Positions 43,650-56,375 of a stretch of DNA of 64,000 nucleotides are shown here, one piece after another; positions within the stretch are counted from its first letter, which is position 1, and the number at the start of each line of letters is the position of its first letter. A program made the position numbers and the translations under genes. Origin of the DNA: Nemertoderma westbladi (Eukaryota; Animalia; Xenacoelomorpha); the NCBI GenBank assembly GCA_032718475.1, contig JAUCBJ010005099.1, forward strand, positions 1 through 64,000, in the 5' to 3' direction. The notes under the pieces were generated by a model. That model ran no database searches, was not told where the DNA came from, and saw only the letters and a program-made list of their open reading frames with translations.

Positions 43650-44700
43650 CGATGTAAAATTGTATGGTGATTCCGAATCTGAAATCAGTTTTCGATAAGT
43701 CTTTCGTCCTCGTGTTAGGGCAACATTTGTAATTTGCACCCAAAATTTATTTTAAAATTTATACATAATTTTGGAGCAGCCAACCCACTTTTGACACCAA
43801 AAAACACCATCAAATATCCAAAAAATTTCAAATATTGTGCTATTTTTAATCATCGCCGAAAATCGCCCTTATAGATATCAAAACCAATAAAGAAAGATCA
43901 TTTTATTAAAAATTTGAAAAGTATTCACTTTTGGTGCATGTTTGGTCGGTTGTAATAAGGAGGAAATTTTAATATGATTTTTCATGCGTTGGCTTTTTTT
44001 GGGACACTTTATCTATCTACTTTTAAACTACTCAACCGATTTTCCTTCTGCTTGCATAACTATGTAGAGGAATAGTCTGCGCAAAAATAATTGAGAAATA
44101 ATGTTTTTAAAAAAATATGACATTTTTCTATAAGAAATCGCCAAATTTTAGATTTTTTTTTACATTACATTACATTACAGATTTTTTTTTTTTTTTTTTA
44201 CATTTTGGGGAAATTTTGAAACGAAAAATTTTTTTGCATTATTATTTCAAAATTCGATCAAATCAATTTTTGCGTGGAATATTCCTCCCATAATTCTGCA
44301 AACAGAACGAAAATCGATTGAGTATTTAAAAAGTAGATTGAGAGAGTGTCCCAAAAAAAGCAACTTTAAATAAATAAATTACATTAAAACTTTATCCTGA
44401 TTAGGCCTACAACAAACCAAACATTCACCAAAAGTGGACAATTTTCAAATTCAAAAAAAATTATCTTCTTTTATGGTTTTTATACCTGTAGGGTAATTTT
44501 CGGCGCTGATTCTGAAAATATCGCTATATTTCGTAATTTTTGGTTGGTTGATTGTCTTTTCGGTGTCCAAAGTGGTGCTGCACCTAAATTATAAATTTTC
44601 AAATTTGGGTGAAAATTATAAAAGTTGCCATAACTCTAGAACGAACCTACTTATCGAAAAACTGATTCCAGATTTGGAATCACCATAAAATTTTAACTCT
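43650..44700. repeat. Fold-back / palindromic non-autonomous element
   Basis: ATGGTGATTCCGAATCTGAAATCAGTTTTCGATAAGT (~43664) is the inverted match of ACTTATCGAAAAACTGATTCCAGATTTGGAATCACCAT (~44649). Inner arms GGGACAC/GTGTCCC also mirror; centre near 44180. Confidence 0.7.
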
Positions 44701-44720
44701 CCCACCCCCACTCCCATTAA

Positions 44721-46262
44721 CCCCTTCCGTACGGTGACATACCTGGTATGTCACCATGAAGTGTACTGTGACATACCTGGTATGTCATGGTTTGTTTACA
44801 GTTCTATGCTCAGTGAAAAGATGCAGTAGCATGAATGGTACATTTTAAATTACTCTCAGGGCTCTCCATGGTACTATGCTTTAGTAGTTTGAGTTCTGGT
44901 AGTCTGACAGTGCAGCAGTGTGTGGTTTACTGCTGTACTTACCGGTAGTACTACCATGAAGGGTACTGTGACATACCTGGTATGTCATGGTTTGTTTACA
45001 GTTCTATGCTCAGTGAAAAGATGCAGTAGCATGAATGGTACATTTTAAATTACTCTCAGGGCTCTCCATGGTACTATGCTTTAGTAGTTTGAGAGCTGGC
45101 AGTCTGACAGTGTGTGGTTTACTGCTGTACTTACCGCACCCTACCTGCCTACCGGTAGTACTACATAGCTATTGGCTATAGCTCTGGTACAGTGGTAGAC
45201 TGGTAGTGTGTGTCGTTATGTAGTACCAGTAGGCCTAGTTATCTGTTTATGGCGGGTGTATACCCAGTACGTCAACGGAATCGGTTGCTACGATTTGGTT
45301 ATGATGACGGTCACACGAATTCCGATTCCGAATCCTCGAATTCCAGGGATGATGATACCGATACCGATACCTACTACTAAAAAAATCGTATTCACGGATT
45401 TTGTGTATCACTCTGTGGCCTTTCGTACTGGAGTTCCTGATGAGAACAAACGAGTTACAACAAAGAGGAAGTCGACTCCTGCTACTTCATCCCAGCCACA
45501 AACGATATCTCGACCACATATCTGCATATATTAGAAAAGATAATATCGGCCGAATCCAGCAAACCACAGAAACGCTGCCGTGTGTGTTACAAAGCTGGAA
45601 TCCGAAAAGCGGTTAGATACGAACGAGTGCACTTCGTGTTTAGATAAGCCTGGACTATGCCATGGTACTTGTTTCGTAACCTATCATGCGAGTTTGGCCT
45701 GAAACTATTAACTATGTACCAGACTATATTTCCGTATATAGGCCTATCTTTTTATATATATATGTACATGTATAGGCCTATATAATATATTTACATGATA
45801 TAAATAATGACATACGACAATGATAATGACAATGTTATCAAACATCGTATAAATTTAAAAAAAAAATTTTAAAAATTAAAAAAAATTTTTTATATACAGT
45901 ACTATTATATACAATTTAAAATAAATATATATACACATATATATATATATTATATATTTATTTATATATATATTTAAAAATATATATTTTATATATTATT
46001 ATAATATATATATATATACAGTATATAAATATAATGAAATATGTACCGGTACTAAATATATAATATATATAATAAATATATATATATATCAATATATATA
46101 TACAAATATATATTATATTCACTATATGTGGCATATATATGCATAAAATAAGTTTGGGTACCCTTTTGTTAGAAAAATATCACCATAAGGATCTCATATA
46201 AAAAAATGTTTTTTTCAGTGCCCTAGATGTATGCTTTTTTTTTATCTTCAGTATGGAAGGGG
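44721..46262 (+). mobile_element. Internally deleted piggyBac element
   Basis: TTAA TSD both sides; TIR CCCCTTCCGTAC / GTATGGAAGGGG; residual C-terminal Cys-rich domain (KRCRVCYKAGIRKAVRYE, frameshift, KPGLCHGTCFVTYH) at ~45570-45690; ~200-bp internal tandem duplication. Confidence 0.88.
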
Positions 46263-46429
46263 TTAAGCTACTTTTAATTGAAGAACAGAAAAGAAGAGGA
46301 TCGGAAATCACAACACGAAATTAGTGAAATTTTATCATAAGAGGGTTAATTGTATTTTCTTGGACACCAAATAGTACGGAAGTACTTTGAAAACGTAAAA
46401 CTTGAAGGTTCACGTTTTTTGCTCCAAAA

Positions 46430-47810
46430 TGTGAAATTTATTTCTTGCTGTAATAACTATTTACATACTTGTGTGTAAAGTAGCACTTTACAGTGTGATG
46501 ATCTGAGTGGCTTTGTTACACGAACGAACGTTAGTGAGTGAGTGAAAATAAAGCCACGAGGATCAGGACACTATAAAGTACTTTGCAACAAGTATGTAGT
46601 AGTAGCAAGTAGTTTTATTCCAAAATTTAAACATTACGAAATGATTGTACATATACATTATAAGTGATAGAAACTGCACAAATTATATTAGTTGCTGTAT
46701 AAATAAATGTAAAATGACATAAATTATGTTATAAATAAGTTAGCTTATATTTATGGTGGCGTTTGGAGCCATGTTATAATAATATAGCTAGTCCCCACTG
46801 GTTATTAATAGCTATCCCCCGCTTACCGGTAGGTAATGCAGTAGGCCTATCTGGCTGTCAGGCAAATTTCCACCTATTGTTTAAGTGGTATCCAATGACG
46901 GCGTTAAAGTAATGTCCACTAGGGGGACATTACTTAACGCCGTCATGGGTTACCACGTAAACAATAACACCAAATGCAATAATAAATGTACAGGCCAATA
47001 CAATGCTGTAATGTCCTCTAAAGTTGTAAAGTGCTAAATAACAACTCGCTGTTAATACTAACGACGTTGAGTAATGTTACAATTTTGGAATAAAATTTTG
47101 TTAGATTATGTCAACTTAACAGCGTCCTGGTGAATTACTCGTAACGCTGCAAAGTACTACTTTGCAGCGTTGCGGCCTATATGACGGAACGCTGCAAAGT
47201 AATCAATGACATGGAAACAACTTCAATTACCGTATTCCAGAATGTATTATTTCCATTTATGTTAATGAGTGCTGCGTTATTATCCAGTTTGCAGTGACGG
47301 GACTAGCTACTGTATGTAAATAATTGTTTAACGTGTACTGTAATCCATTATGGCGAAACGTCCAATAGAAGACACTAAAATAACCAAAGAAAGTGACGAC
47401 AGTGTTCAGTAAAACTGAACGGACACAGACGGTGACTAAGTTTGCTTCAGTCGACTATAGTCAAGATGTATTAATGATTTATCACATCCAAGCAGGAGAT
47501 AACTTCCAATAAACATTAATTAGATTTAAACGTTTAATTAATACTGCGTACCTGTTAATAAATTTCACTTATATTCGATATAGTACATGATTAAAATGTA
47601 TAAATCCATAAAATCCTTTCTTCACATACCGAACGCTGATAAGTTGACATAATGTAACAAAATTACATACATCATTGCTTGCAAAGCTCACGTTTCAGCG
47701 TTCATTAAAGACCCTTGTTTATTTATGTAAACCTCCCTCGCTGCGCTCGCTCGGTACATAAATAAACTCGGGTCATAACGCTGCAAAGTGCTACTTTGCA
47801 CACAATGATG
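46430..47810. repeat. Cluster of palindromic non-autonomous elements (unclassified)
   Basis: Long hairpin at 46875-46966; AACGCTGCAAAGTACTACTTTGCAGCGTT at ~47143 with related copies at ~47188 and ~47777; CTCGCTGCGCTCGCTCGG motif at ~47737. Confidence 0.45.
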
Positions 47811-48644
47811 TAAATCGTTATTATTGTATTGATTTTTTGCTGTTGTTTTTAGCAATAATCGGAGGTTTTGTGGGATGATCAATGGAATGATATTAAGTGA
47901 AACTATATGAAATTTTCTGGTTCAATAATAATTATGGGCGACTCTGTTTAAACATTTAGAATTTTCAAAGTTTATTTAATTAAAATTGTTGGTTGTGTTA
48001 GTTAACTAAAACAATTAATTAATAAATAATCCCACTTAATACTTAATTTGAATTTCCCTCCCGGATATATAATCCTCGGACCGGACTACAGTTATGGCGT
48101 CTCTTTAGGCTCAAAACACTCCGGGCCGGACTTAGAAAAAAAAAGGACAACTTTGCCTTGGCGTTATGGTATGGTTTAATAGAAGACTATCGTTAAACAA
48201 AATATGAATTTCAGAAATTTAAATCATCTTTTTTTTATGGTATATGGGCCCTATGGGGTGCAGGACAAGATGGGACACAAGGTAGATTTGCCATTATGTG
48301 ATCTGATTATCTACCAAGGATGAATCCATATTCTACAAATTGGATCTGCATTCGGATGTGCCGGGAAACACGTTAAGAAAGTTAATTAGAGCGAAAAGTT
48401 AATTATTTTAATAATACGCAGAGGAGTCGCTTCAGGCAAGTCCGTTTCTACTAGTCGTCGTTGTTGGATAGAACAAGTTCGGTTTATATTTTTTTCGATG
48501 ATTCCAAAAGGTTTCATTGGCAATTGGTTCCAGATCCAGCTGCCTTCGTGCTTTCTAATTCTTTCCATGGCATTGCACAAACACACCAGTAGAAACCCAA
48601 ATGATTGTTAATTTGTGTTTCCTTAGAATTATACTAAGATTTGC

Positions 48645-49965
48645 ATGTGGGGCGAGCCACGAAGTTGGCGGAGCCTTAGCGAATTGACACTGTTAGGGGG
48701 TGGGTCAATTTATGCAAATAGTCTCGTCGTCGTCGTCGTTGTCGTCGTCGTCGTTGTCGTCGTCGTCGTCGTCGTCGTCGTTACGATTTTGACATGCTAA
48801 TAACTTTGTCGGATTTAAAGCTGCCAAGTTGAAAATTTGTAGGTATCAATATGAGCAAAAGTTGAGATTTTTGAGAGACTTTCAGACACCATCAGTGCAA
48901 TGGTCTCCCGCTAGAGGGCCACATGTCTAAACATTAAATGCCCTCCCATTTCTTTGCTTTTAATCCGTTTAAGCTGAAACTTGGCAGATATGTATTAGAC
49001 CATTAGCTGTGACTTTCAAAGGAGGCGAATCCATCTGCAGTTCTCCAGTCTGCCGCTAGAGGGCCAAAGGTCTGAAAGTGAAATCGTTGTCGTCGTTACG
49101 ATTTTGACATGCTAATAACTTTGTCGGATTTAAAGCTGCCAAGTTGAAAATTTGTAGGTATCAATATGAGCTAAAGTTGAGATTTTTGAGAGACTTTCAG
49201 ACACCATCAGTGCAATGGTCTCCCGCTAGAGGGCCACATGTCTAAACATTAAATGCCCTCCCATTTCTTTGCTTTTAATCCGTTTAAGCTGAAACTTGGC
49301 AGATATGTATTAGACCATTAGCTGTGACTTTCAAAGGAGGCGAATCCATCTGCAGTTCTCCAGTCTGCCGCTAGAGGGCCAAATGTCTGAAAGTGAAATC
49401 GTTGTCGTCGTTATGATATTGACATGCTTATAACTTTGTCGAATTTAAAGCTGCCAAGTTGAAAATTTGTTTTGTTGAAAATCAGTTCAACAGTCACCCG
49501 CTATAGGACTACTTTATGCCTGAAAGTGAATAGATTCTCCCGTCTCATTGATTTTAATCAGTTTAAGCTGAATCTTGCCATATATTCTGGACCACATGCT
49601 GCGTCTTTGTGGGGGGGGGGGGGGGGGGGGGAGATTTAATCAGTCTGCCGCTATACGACGAAATTTCTGAAAGTGAGATCCGTCTCTCATTTCGTTATCC
49701 GTTATTCAAGATGAAACTTGGCCGATGTACGTATGTACTATTCATCCATAGGCTGTGTCTTTGTGGGGCTGGAGACCCTAATCCATCTTCAGTTCTCACT
49801 ATACCGCTAGAGTCAGAAATGTCTGAATAGAAATGAAAGAGGTAAAAAGTGATTAGGCGAAATCTGCTTAAAATTTGCTAATACAGTAATACTTTCGAAT
49901 TAGTACTTAAATTAAATTTAAGTCACGTGCTGCGCGAAGGCCCCACTTCGTGTCGGTTCTATTCC
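48645..49965. mobile_element. Non-autonomous Helentron-like element with (GTC)n microsatellite and 315-bp internal tandem repeats
   Basis: Same termini as 32270-33345; (GTC)n at 48725-48781; repeat starts at 48781, 49096 and 49411. Confidence 0.65.
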
Positions 49966-51629
49966 CTCTCCTAACTGTTAGGCATACCTCGTAATCAAAA
50001 TATTTATATCCGTAATGTATATTTGCGTTGTTTTTGTTATATAGAAACGCCTATGCAACCTGTTTCTTTCCCATGCCGATTATAGAGATCTGTATTTCAC
50101 TTTTTTTCGTTGTTAGATAATGTAACGATTGTTTTTATAACCGTCGCGGCAATGAAAGATAATAATTAATTCATTCACGCATCTACCAGCAGTTAAACTA
50201 TCAATCCTTTACAATAGTGTTGTGAGACAGACACAATCAGTTTTGATTTGATTACAATAAGCCTGGCCTTAGGTATCCGCTAATGGTTTGATATCTTGTT
50301 ACCACTAAATTAGCATTCCACCACTGCGCCATCCTCTGGGGGCATTGATTGATTGTAGTACTTGCTGGTGAGGCAAATGGGTAGTCGTTTCTAGTTAGTT
50401 TATGTTATTAAAGGGGATTTCTCTCGGAGTTTGCATATCGCTGCAATAATTTACGAGGCATTGTAAACATTTTAAGTTCTCCAGCACAATGCTGAAGTTT
50501 CCTTTTTGGAGTTACTGGTTGCGGTGTTAGTACAGTAGGTCCCATACGTGCTGTACACTAGGAGGGGAGGTTCATAATGTGTGAACCATAACGATGTCAC
50601 ACGTGTCTTGACCAGTAACGTGGTCGATGATATATAGTGTGTGGCAATGTGGGTGGAACTGGTACAACCTACTCAAATTTATTTTTTTGCAAAGTAAGGA
50701 TATCATCGACGTTTTATTAGGCATCAGCAAAGCAAGTTGCTCGCAAGTACATGGTGATTCGTGTTGGTGCCAGGCTCCTGGAAGCTGGAAATATTTAGTT
50801 TCAATTTTCAAAACTCACCTACAACCGCGCAATAGAAATAGATCGTAATAAATCGTTGAGTGCCATATAGTCGTTTCTCAGCCTACCAACTCACTGACCT
50901 GATAGTTAAGTAAAATTTTCTGCTTGTTTTTCAAATCAAATGAATGTTTTTCCTGCTTATGAATGTTTATTTTCGCGGATGCACACTGAACTGTTCCTAA
51001 AATTGGCTGGAAAAATTTTCTGTCTTCGCTGGAGTGCCAGCTGTTCGTTCTGCTTTCCGTTTGCCTCAGGCGCAACATTCATCCGCGGCTAATTAAGATA
51101 ATGCATTCATATTGTTATTGAAATAGGAATAGGTTCTTGTCAAACGGTTTCAATGGAAATGGTTGGACGAATTCGGTTTCCTAAACAACAACTGTACTCC
51201 CTTTCACCACACCTTCATTGAGCCCCTTGGGGTACCACAGGCCAAGGCTATGCGCTTATCAATATCATTTAAGCACCGCATATAATTTAACAAACATAGT
51301 TTTACATTTATTTATTTAACATTATATTAACGTTTATACATTTATTAAAAAGTTATTTATTTTATATCTCAAACTATTATTCCTCCTTTGTAGTGACATG
51401 TGTATTGGTAATGATGGATGTAGGCTACTTTTGTAAACGCTTTGTAGCGATAGGTTGACAAAGAAAATAGAAACTCTGATTCATCCACAACTAGTCGGGA
51501 GCTGTTTAAATCATATCTGTTTAAAATTTAATGCGACCTCATTAAGATTTCTTGACAAATTGGGTGTCACAAGTGCCGGTGTATCTCACCGATTTAATCT
51601 TATAAAACCCAAAGACTACACGCAGTCAA

Positions 51630-51862
51630 TATGTAAAACATTTACCATCAACATGCTACAAGTCGTTTGGTGTCGTGCATTTTCTTATGCTGCACCCACA
51701 GTTTTTAATAGTTTACCACGCAATCTTCGCATCCAGAACTCTCTTGCAGCACAAACAAAGAGGCATTGCCCTGAATCCCAATCCAGAGACAGCGCATTTG
51801 AATTATTATAACTTTAGGTTACTTTAGAAAGTGCGCTCTATAAATTTTATATTATTATTATT
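51630..51862 (+). mobile_element. 3' end of an L2/CR1-type LINE
   Basis: RAFSYAAPTVFNSLPRNLR motif followed by AGCGC...GCGCTCTATAAAT and (ATT)n tail. Confidence 0.7.
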
Positions 51863-52569
51863 TCCGTTCTCCCATAAATTTACATAAGGAACCCAAAGAA
51901 CCAAAAAGAGGCTAAGGCGCGGGAAGGCAGGGTCTCGACACAGACGTTAGGCATGCCAGGTACCCCATCGCAGGGTATAGACTCCCACAATTACGACTTC
52001 TGCACATACAGTTCTGTTGATGGGCAATCCGTGAAAGCTGTAACATTGTATATGTACTAGACCTTTGGCTGTGTCTTTCTTTGTAGGATAGGGATTGTGT
52101 GTGGAGAAGTTTTCCACCCTCCGATATTTCACCCTTTAGCGTAAAGCCTTAAGAATTTCACATTTTTCCCGGGTCCCGACAATAATGACGCAACGTGAAG
52201 TCTACAGCTTTCGAATAGATTATTGGAACAGAAAGATGATCAGTTAATCCCGTTTTAATTTGTACAAAGTCGGATTTAGCGTCCAAGAGGGATCGAAGTG
52301 GTTATAGCGAGAGAGCCCTCGGGACCCATGTTGTACCTGGAGGCACCTAAATAATACACTAGCACAGGTGCTCATGCCCATGACGTGGAGTGTTAGTGCT
52401 ATAGGGTACATGTTATGAAAGGGATCGATATCTTGTCACGACTTCATGTAAACCCTATACCTATATTATATTTAAATACCGGATAGTCAGGCATAAAACA
52501 CAGTTTGTGAACAATACTTTGGAACAACCAAAAGAGCAGGTCACAGAGACGGATTTTTTTTTTGCTAAA

Positions 52570-52835
52570 CAGAGACAGTGGGGGGGGGGGGGGGGGGGGG
52601 GGGGGAACTGGACGCAAATCCCATCTTGGCGAATTAATGTCCCCCTCAATGTTAAATTCTCAAGTTAGGGAAAGGAGCAGGTTACAGTGGCACGTTATTT
52701 TAACCAAAACAATAAACTACAGTTTTATTTTTGAGAGTAATCAGCTGTTATTTGCGTCGAATATCCCCTGGAGAGGGATGAATTTTTATTGCGTCGAAGC
52801 CTCCCCCCCCCCCCCCCCCCCCCCTCTATCTGCCT
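52570..52835. mobile_element. Small inverted-repeat element with poly-G / poly-C ends; related end at ~42370-42440
   Basis: G-run+AACTGGACGCAA versus TTGCGTCGAAGCCT+C-run; 52750-52800 is the reverse complement of ~42375-42430. Confidence 0.5.
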
Positions 52836-53341
52836 AAACAATAAGCGCGGTATCATTAGATATCAAAGGAGAAGGCAATATTATAGAAACTAGCTTTAAT
52901 TTTACAGTATTATGTACACTGGCGGGGGTGTAAAGGGAAAAAGACAGTGTTTAATTCATTAACATTAAAAAGCGGTTTACGATGGAGCTAGAGAATGCGT
53001 TCTGCAATGAAATTGATATCGCGCTCTCACAACAAGCGCTATCACGTAAGGCTAGCTTTAGTAATCAAAACAATAAACGCTGATGGGCTGATATCCCTAC
53101 ATATTAAGGGAAAAAAGCAGATTACTGAGGCGCGATATGAGCACAGAGATTGCAGTTACGTTTTTGGGCGTAAAACCTATGAGAATACTGAACATTCTCT
53201 ATACCATAATTTTTTAACTACCGATCTTAATTAGAACTAAATTCAGATTACCGGTCACGGTGGTTAGTTAAGGCTTTAGGTTTCGACGTAAGACGTTAAC
53301 TAAGAAATCATTATCTAATATTTTCTCGTTATTTCAGCAAG

Positions 53342-53471
53342 ATGATGACCTATCTGAAACGGCGTTTTTCTGAGAGTTCTATGCTGATGACAGAGGATGC
53401 GTCAACGGACGGCGATTTGAGAAAGCAACACAACGAATTGTCCGCTGGAATTCCTTCTTTTCCGAAAGCAG
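53342..53471 (+). CDS. SYN: Probable first coding exon of synapsin (domain A)
   Basis: MMTYLKRRFSESS resembles the conserved synapsin N-terminus (MNYLRRRLSDS / RRRFS phospho-site). Preceded by a pyrimidine tract and TTTCAG acceptor (53337), followed by CAG|GTAAAA donor. No further exons recognised in the window. Confidence 0.6.
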
Positions 53472-54011
53472 GTAAAATATATTTATACACAATAAATATG
53501 GAAAAAAATAACTTATTCATTGTATTATTTAATCGGTCAATTAATAGTTATCGGACAGCTGGGCGAGTAATAGTTCACGCTTCATAAATAACACGTTGTA
53601 GGGTCCATTAGAACCCTACAGGAAACTGACATCCATTTTATATTCCTTATCCTTCGCCCGCGCTTTCATCTCGCCCCGTAAAACATTACGGTTCAGTAAT
53701 ATGAGATTACCGCGCGGTACTCAGCCAGACAACCCGTCCCTGAGCACCCAGGTGCTGTGAGGACTTTAATATACGCAGAAACTTCCTATGAATAATCAAT
53801 GAGATTGCCCGGTGAAGGATAAACCTCATGTGATTTCATATTTTAATTAGGAGGCACTTAAGACTCTATTGTTAGTTTGCAAGCGATATTGATATGTTTT
53901 CATAGGAATTTATTGCTGATTATCATTATTTTCAGAAGTGATGTAGCAGGTTGATCGTGATCATGATCGAATGAGCGGCATATCATTGCTTATTATTTAC
54001 ACAATTTACAC

Positions 54012-54085
54012 GAGCAGCTTGGTCTAGTGGTGATATTCCTAGTCTTTAAATCAGGAAGCCCTGGTTCGATCCCTAGATGGGGCAA
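54012..54085 (+). mobile_element. tRNA-derived SINE head
   Basis: A box TGGTCTAGTGG and B box GGTTCGATCCC at tRNA spacing; no intact cloverleaf. Confidence 0.6.
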
Positions 54086-54194
54086 CACTGTTTGGGCACA
54101 GTGCGTTAATAGCTGCAGCCTAGCCCAACCCTGGCTATTATCTTTAACTGCTCGATAAAAATGGGAACAAAGGCAACTTGGGAAACAGATTGTA

Positions 54195-55342
54195 AGGGTT
54201 TACTGTAGAAGATCACCCATGCTGGTGAACAGGCATTCCTTTAGGAACCAGATTTGAAGGGTTTACTGTGGAAGGTCACCCATGGTGGTGAACAGTCATT
54301 CCTCTAGGAACCAGATTTGAAGGGTTTACTGTCGAAGATCACCCATGGTGATGAACAGTTATTCCTTTTTAGGAAGCAGAATTGAAGGGTTTACTGTGGA
54401 AGATCACCCATGGTGGTGAACATGTATATATTCCTTTAGGAAGCAGAGTTGAAGGGTTTACTGTAGAAGATCACCCATGGTGGTGAACAGGCATTCCTTT
54501 AGGGAACAGATTGGAACGGTTTACTGTGGAAGATCACCCATGGTGGCGAACAGGTATTCCTTTAGAAAGCAGAGTGGAAGAGTTTACTGTGGAAAATCAC
54601 TCATGGTGGTGAACATGAATTCCTTTAGGGAACAGAGTGGAAGGGTTTACTGTGGAAGATCATCCATGGTGGTGAACAGGCATTCCTTTAGGAAACAGTG
54701 GAAGGGTTTACTGTGGAAGATCACCCATGGTGGTGAACGGGCATTCCTTTAGGGAACAGAGTGGAAAGGTTTACTGTGGAAGATCACCCATGGTGGTGAA
54801 CGGGCATTCCTTTAGGGAACAGAGTGGAAGGGTTTACTGTGGAAGATTACCCATGGTGGTGAACGGGCATTCGTTTAGGGAACAGAGTGGACGGATTTAC
54901 TGTGGAAGATCACCCATGGTGGTGAACAGGCATTCCTTTAGGGAACAGAGTGGAAGGGTTTACTGTGGTAGATCACTCATGGTGGTGAACAGGCATTCCT
55001 TTAGGAAACAGATTGGAAGGATTTACTGTGGAAGATCACCCATGGTGGTGAACAGGCATTCCTTTAGGAAACAGAGTGGAAGGGTTTACTGTGGAAGATC
55101 ACCCATGGTGGTGAACAGGTATTCCTTTAGAAAACAGAGTGGAAGGGTTTACTGTGGAAGATCACTCATAGTGGTGAACAGGCATTCCTTTAGGAAGGGT
55201 TTACTGTGGAAGATCACTCATGGTGGTGAACATGAATTCCTTTAGGGAACAGAACGGAAGGGTTTACTGTGGAAGATCACTCATGGTGGTGAACAGGCAT
55301 TCCTTTAGGAAACAGATTGGAAGGGTTTACTGTGGAAGATCA
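54195..55342. repeat. 63-bp minisatellite, ~18 copies
   Basis: Unit AGGGTTTACTGTGGAAGATCACCCATGGTGGTGAACAGGCATTCCTTTAGGAAACAGAGTGGA; several indel-bearing units break the frame. Confidence 0.92.
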
Positions 55343-55840
55343 TGCATGCTGGTGTTGGTGAACAGGAATTCCTAGGCTTAACCAGCCTAAAATATTCTCC
55401 CATTCATTTGGTGCAACTAATTTTGGGTGCTTGCTTAGGCTGCTCACGAATATCATTGTTTTTCGTTTTTCGAAACAAAAGTAAATTGTTTTTTGTTTAC
55501 CCTCTTTTATCCTAATAATTAACACTTGTATAATAGGGGTCCTACAGTAGTTAGATACTCGTTATTGTTTTAGTTTATTGTGGTATTAACGCCCCTTAGT
55601 AAACTCGTTACCATTTATAGGAACAGTCGACTCGATTTCGGCTTAGAGTTTGGTTTGGAGTTAATATTACAGTAATAATTGAGAGAGATTTTACTTCTAA
55701 AATTTAGCCCATCTAAATAACTATTTTTCTTCACTTTATAATATAACTACTACCTACTGCAATTTTAAACTTATTTGAAGAAGTTTTTTTTAGTAATATA
55801 AAACTTAGAAAAATGTTTTTAGTGGGTTGAAAAATTAATT

Positions 55841-56375
55841 TACTACTACTACTACGATCGGCATGCTGCATTGCAGCTGCATTATATATATATTACATAT
55901 ATATAAAGAATGCTGTGCCGGGGCCAGCTTGTCGACAAAATTTCTCCGACACAACTCCCTATCACCCATGACATTTGCTAGATCATCCGCATCTTCAAGG
56001 CCAGTGTCCTTTAAGACGCGTCTCAAGAAAGTCATGGACTGTCCACCATGCATATTCACTCCATGAGGCTGCCAAAGTACAAGATTATGCACTGGCTGGT
56101 CCTCACGGCGAAAGCAATGTCCTGCAAAGCGGAGTCGTCTTTGTTCAAGTGTCAAGGTTGGGGGAACCAATGAGACACCTCCAATGTTATATAGTGTCTT
56201 GTTGGAGATGTGTGCATTGTACTTGACACAATGAACTCGGCGTAGCATTCTTGTGAATGTGCCATCCAGAGATTTGGTGTCCTCAGCAGTTAGAACCCAG
56301 CATGGACTCCCAGAGGAGTACTGGAACTACTGCTGCTCTAAATAATCGGACCTTAAGTTTCCGATTAATTCTCGG
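55841..56375 (-). mobile_element. 3' end of a second copy of the RTE-group LINE, interrupted by family B copy 2
   Basis: Near-identical to 5709-6172 including the (TAC)n tail; match stops at ...TTAATTCTCGG, exactly where the LTR begins. Confidence 0.9.

Noticed and set aside
48180-48600. Possible decayed coding fragment
   Set aside because: No frame gave a motif I could recognise.
54477-55245. 21-aa Cys/His repeat protein
   Set aside because: Frame broken by several indels between units; no splice or start context; noncoding minisatellite.
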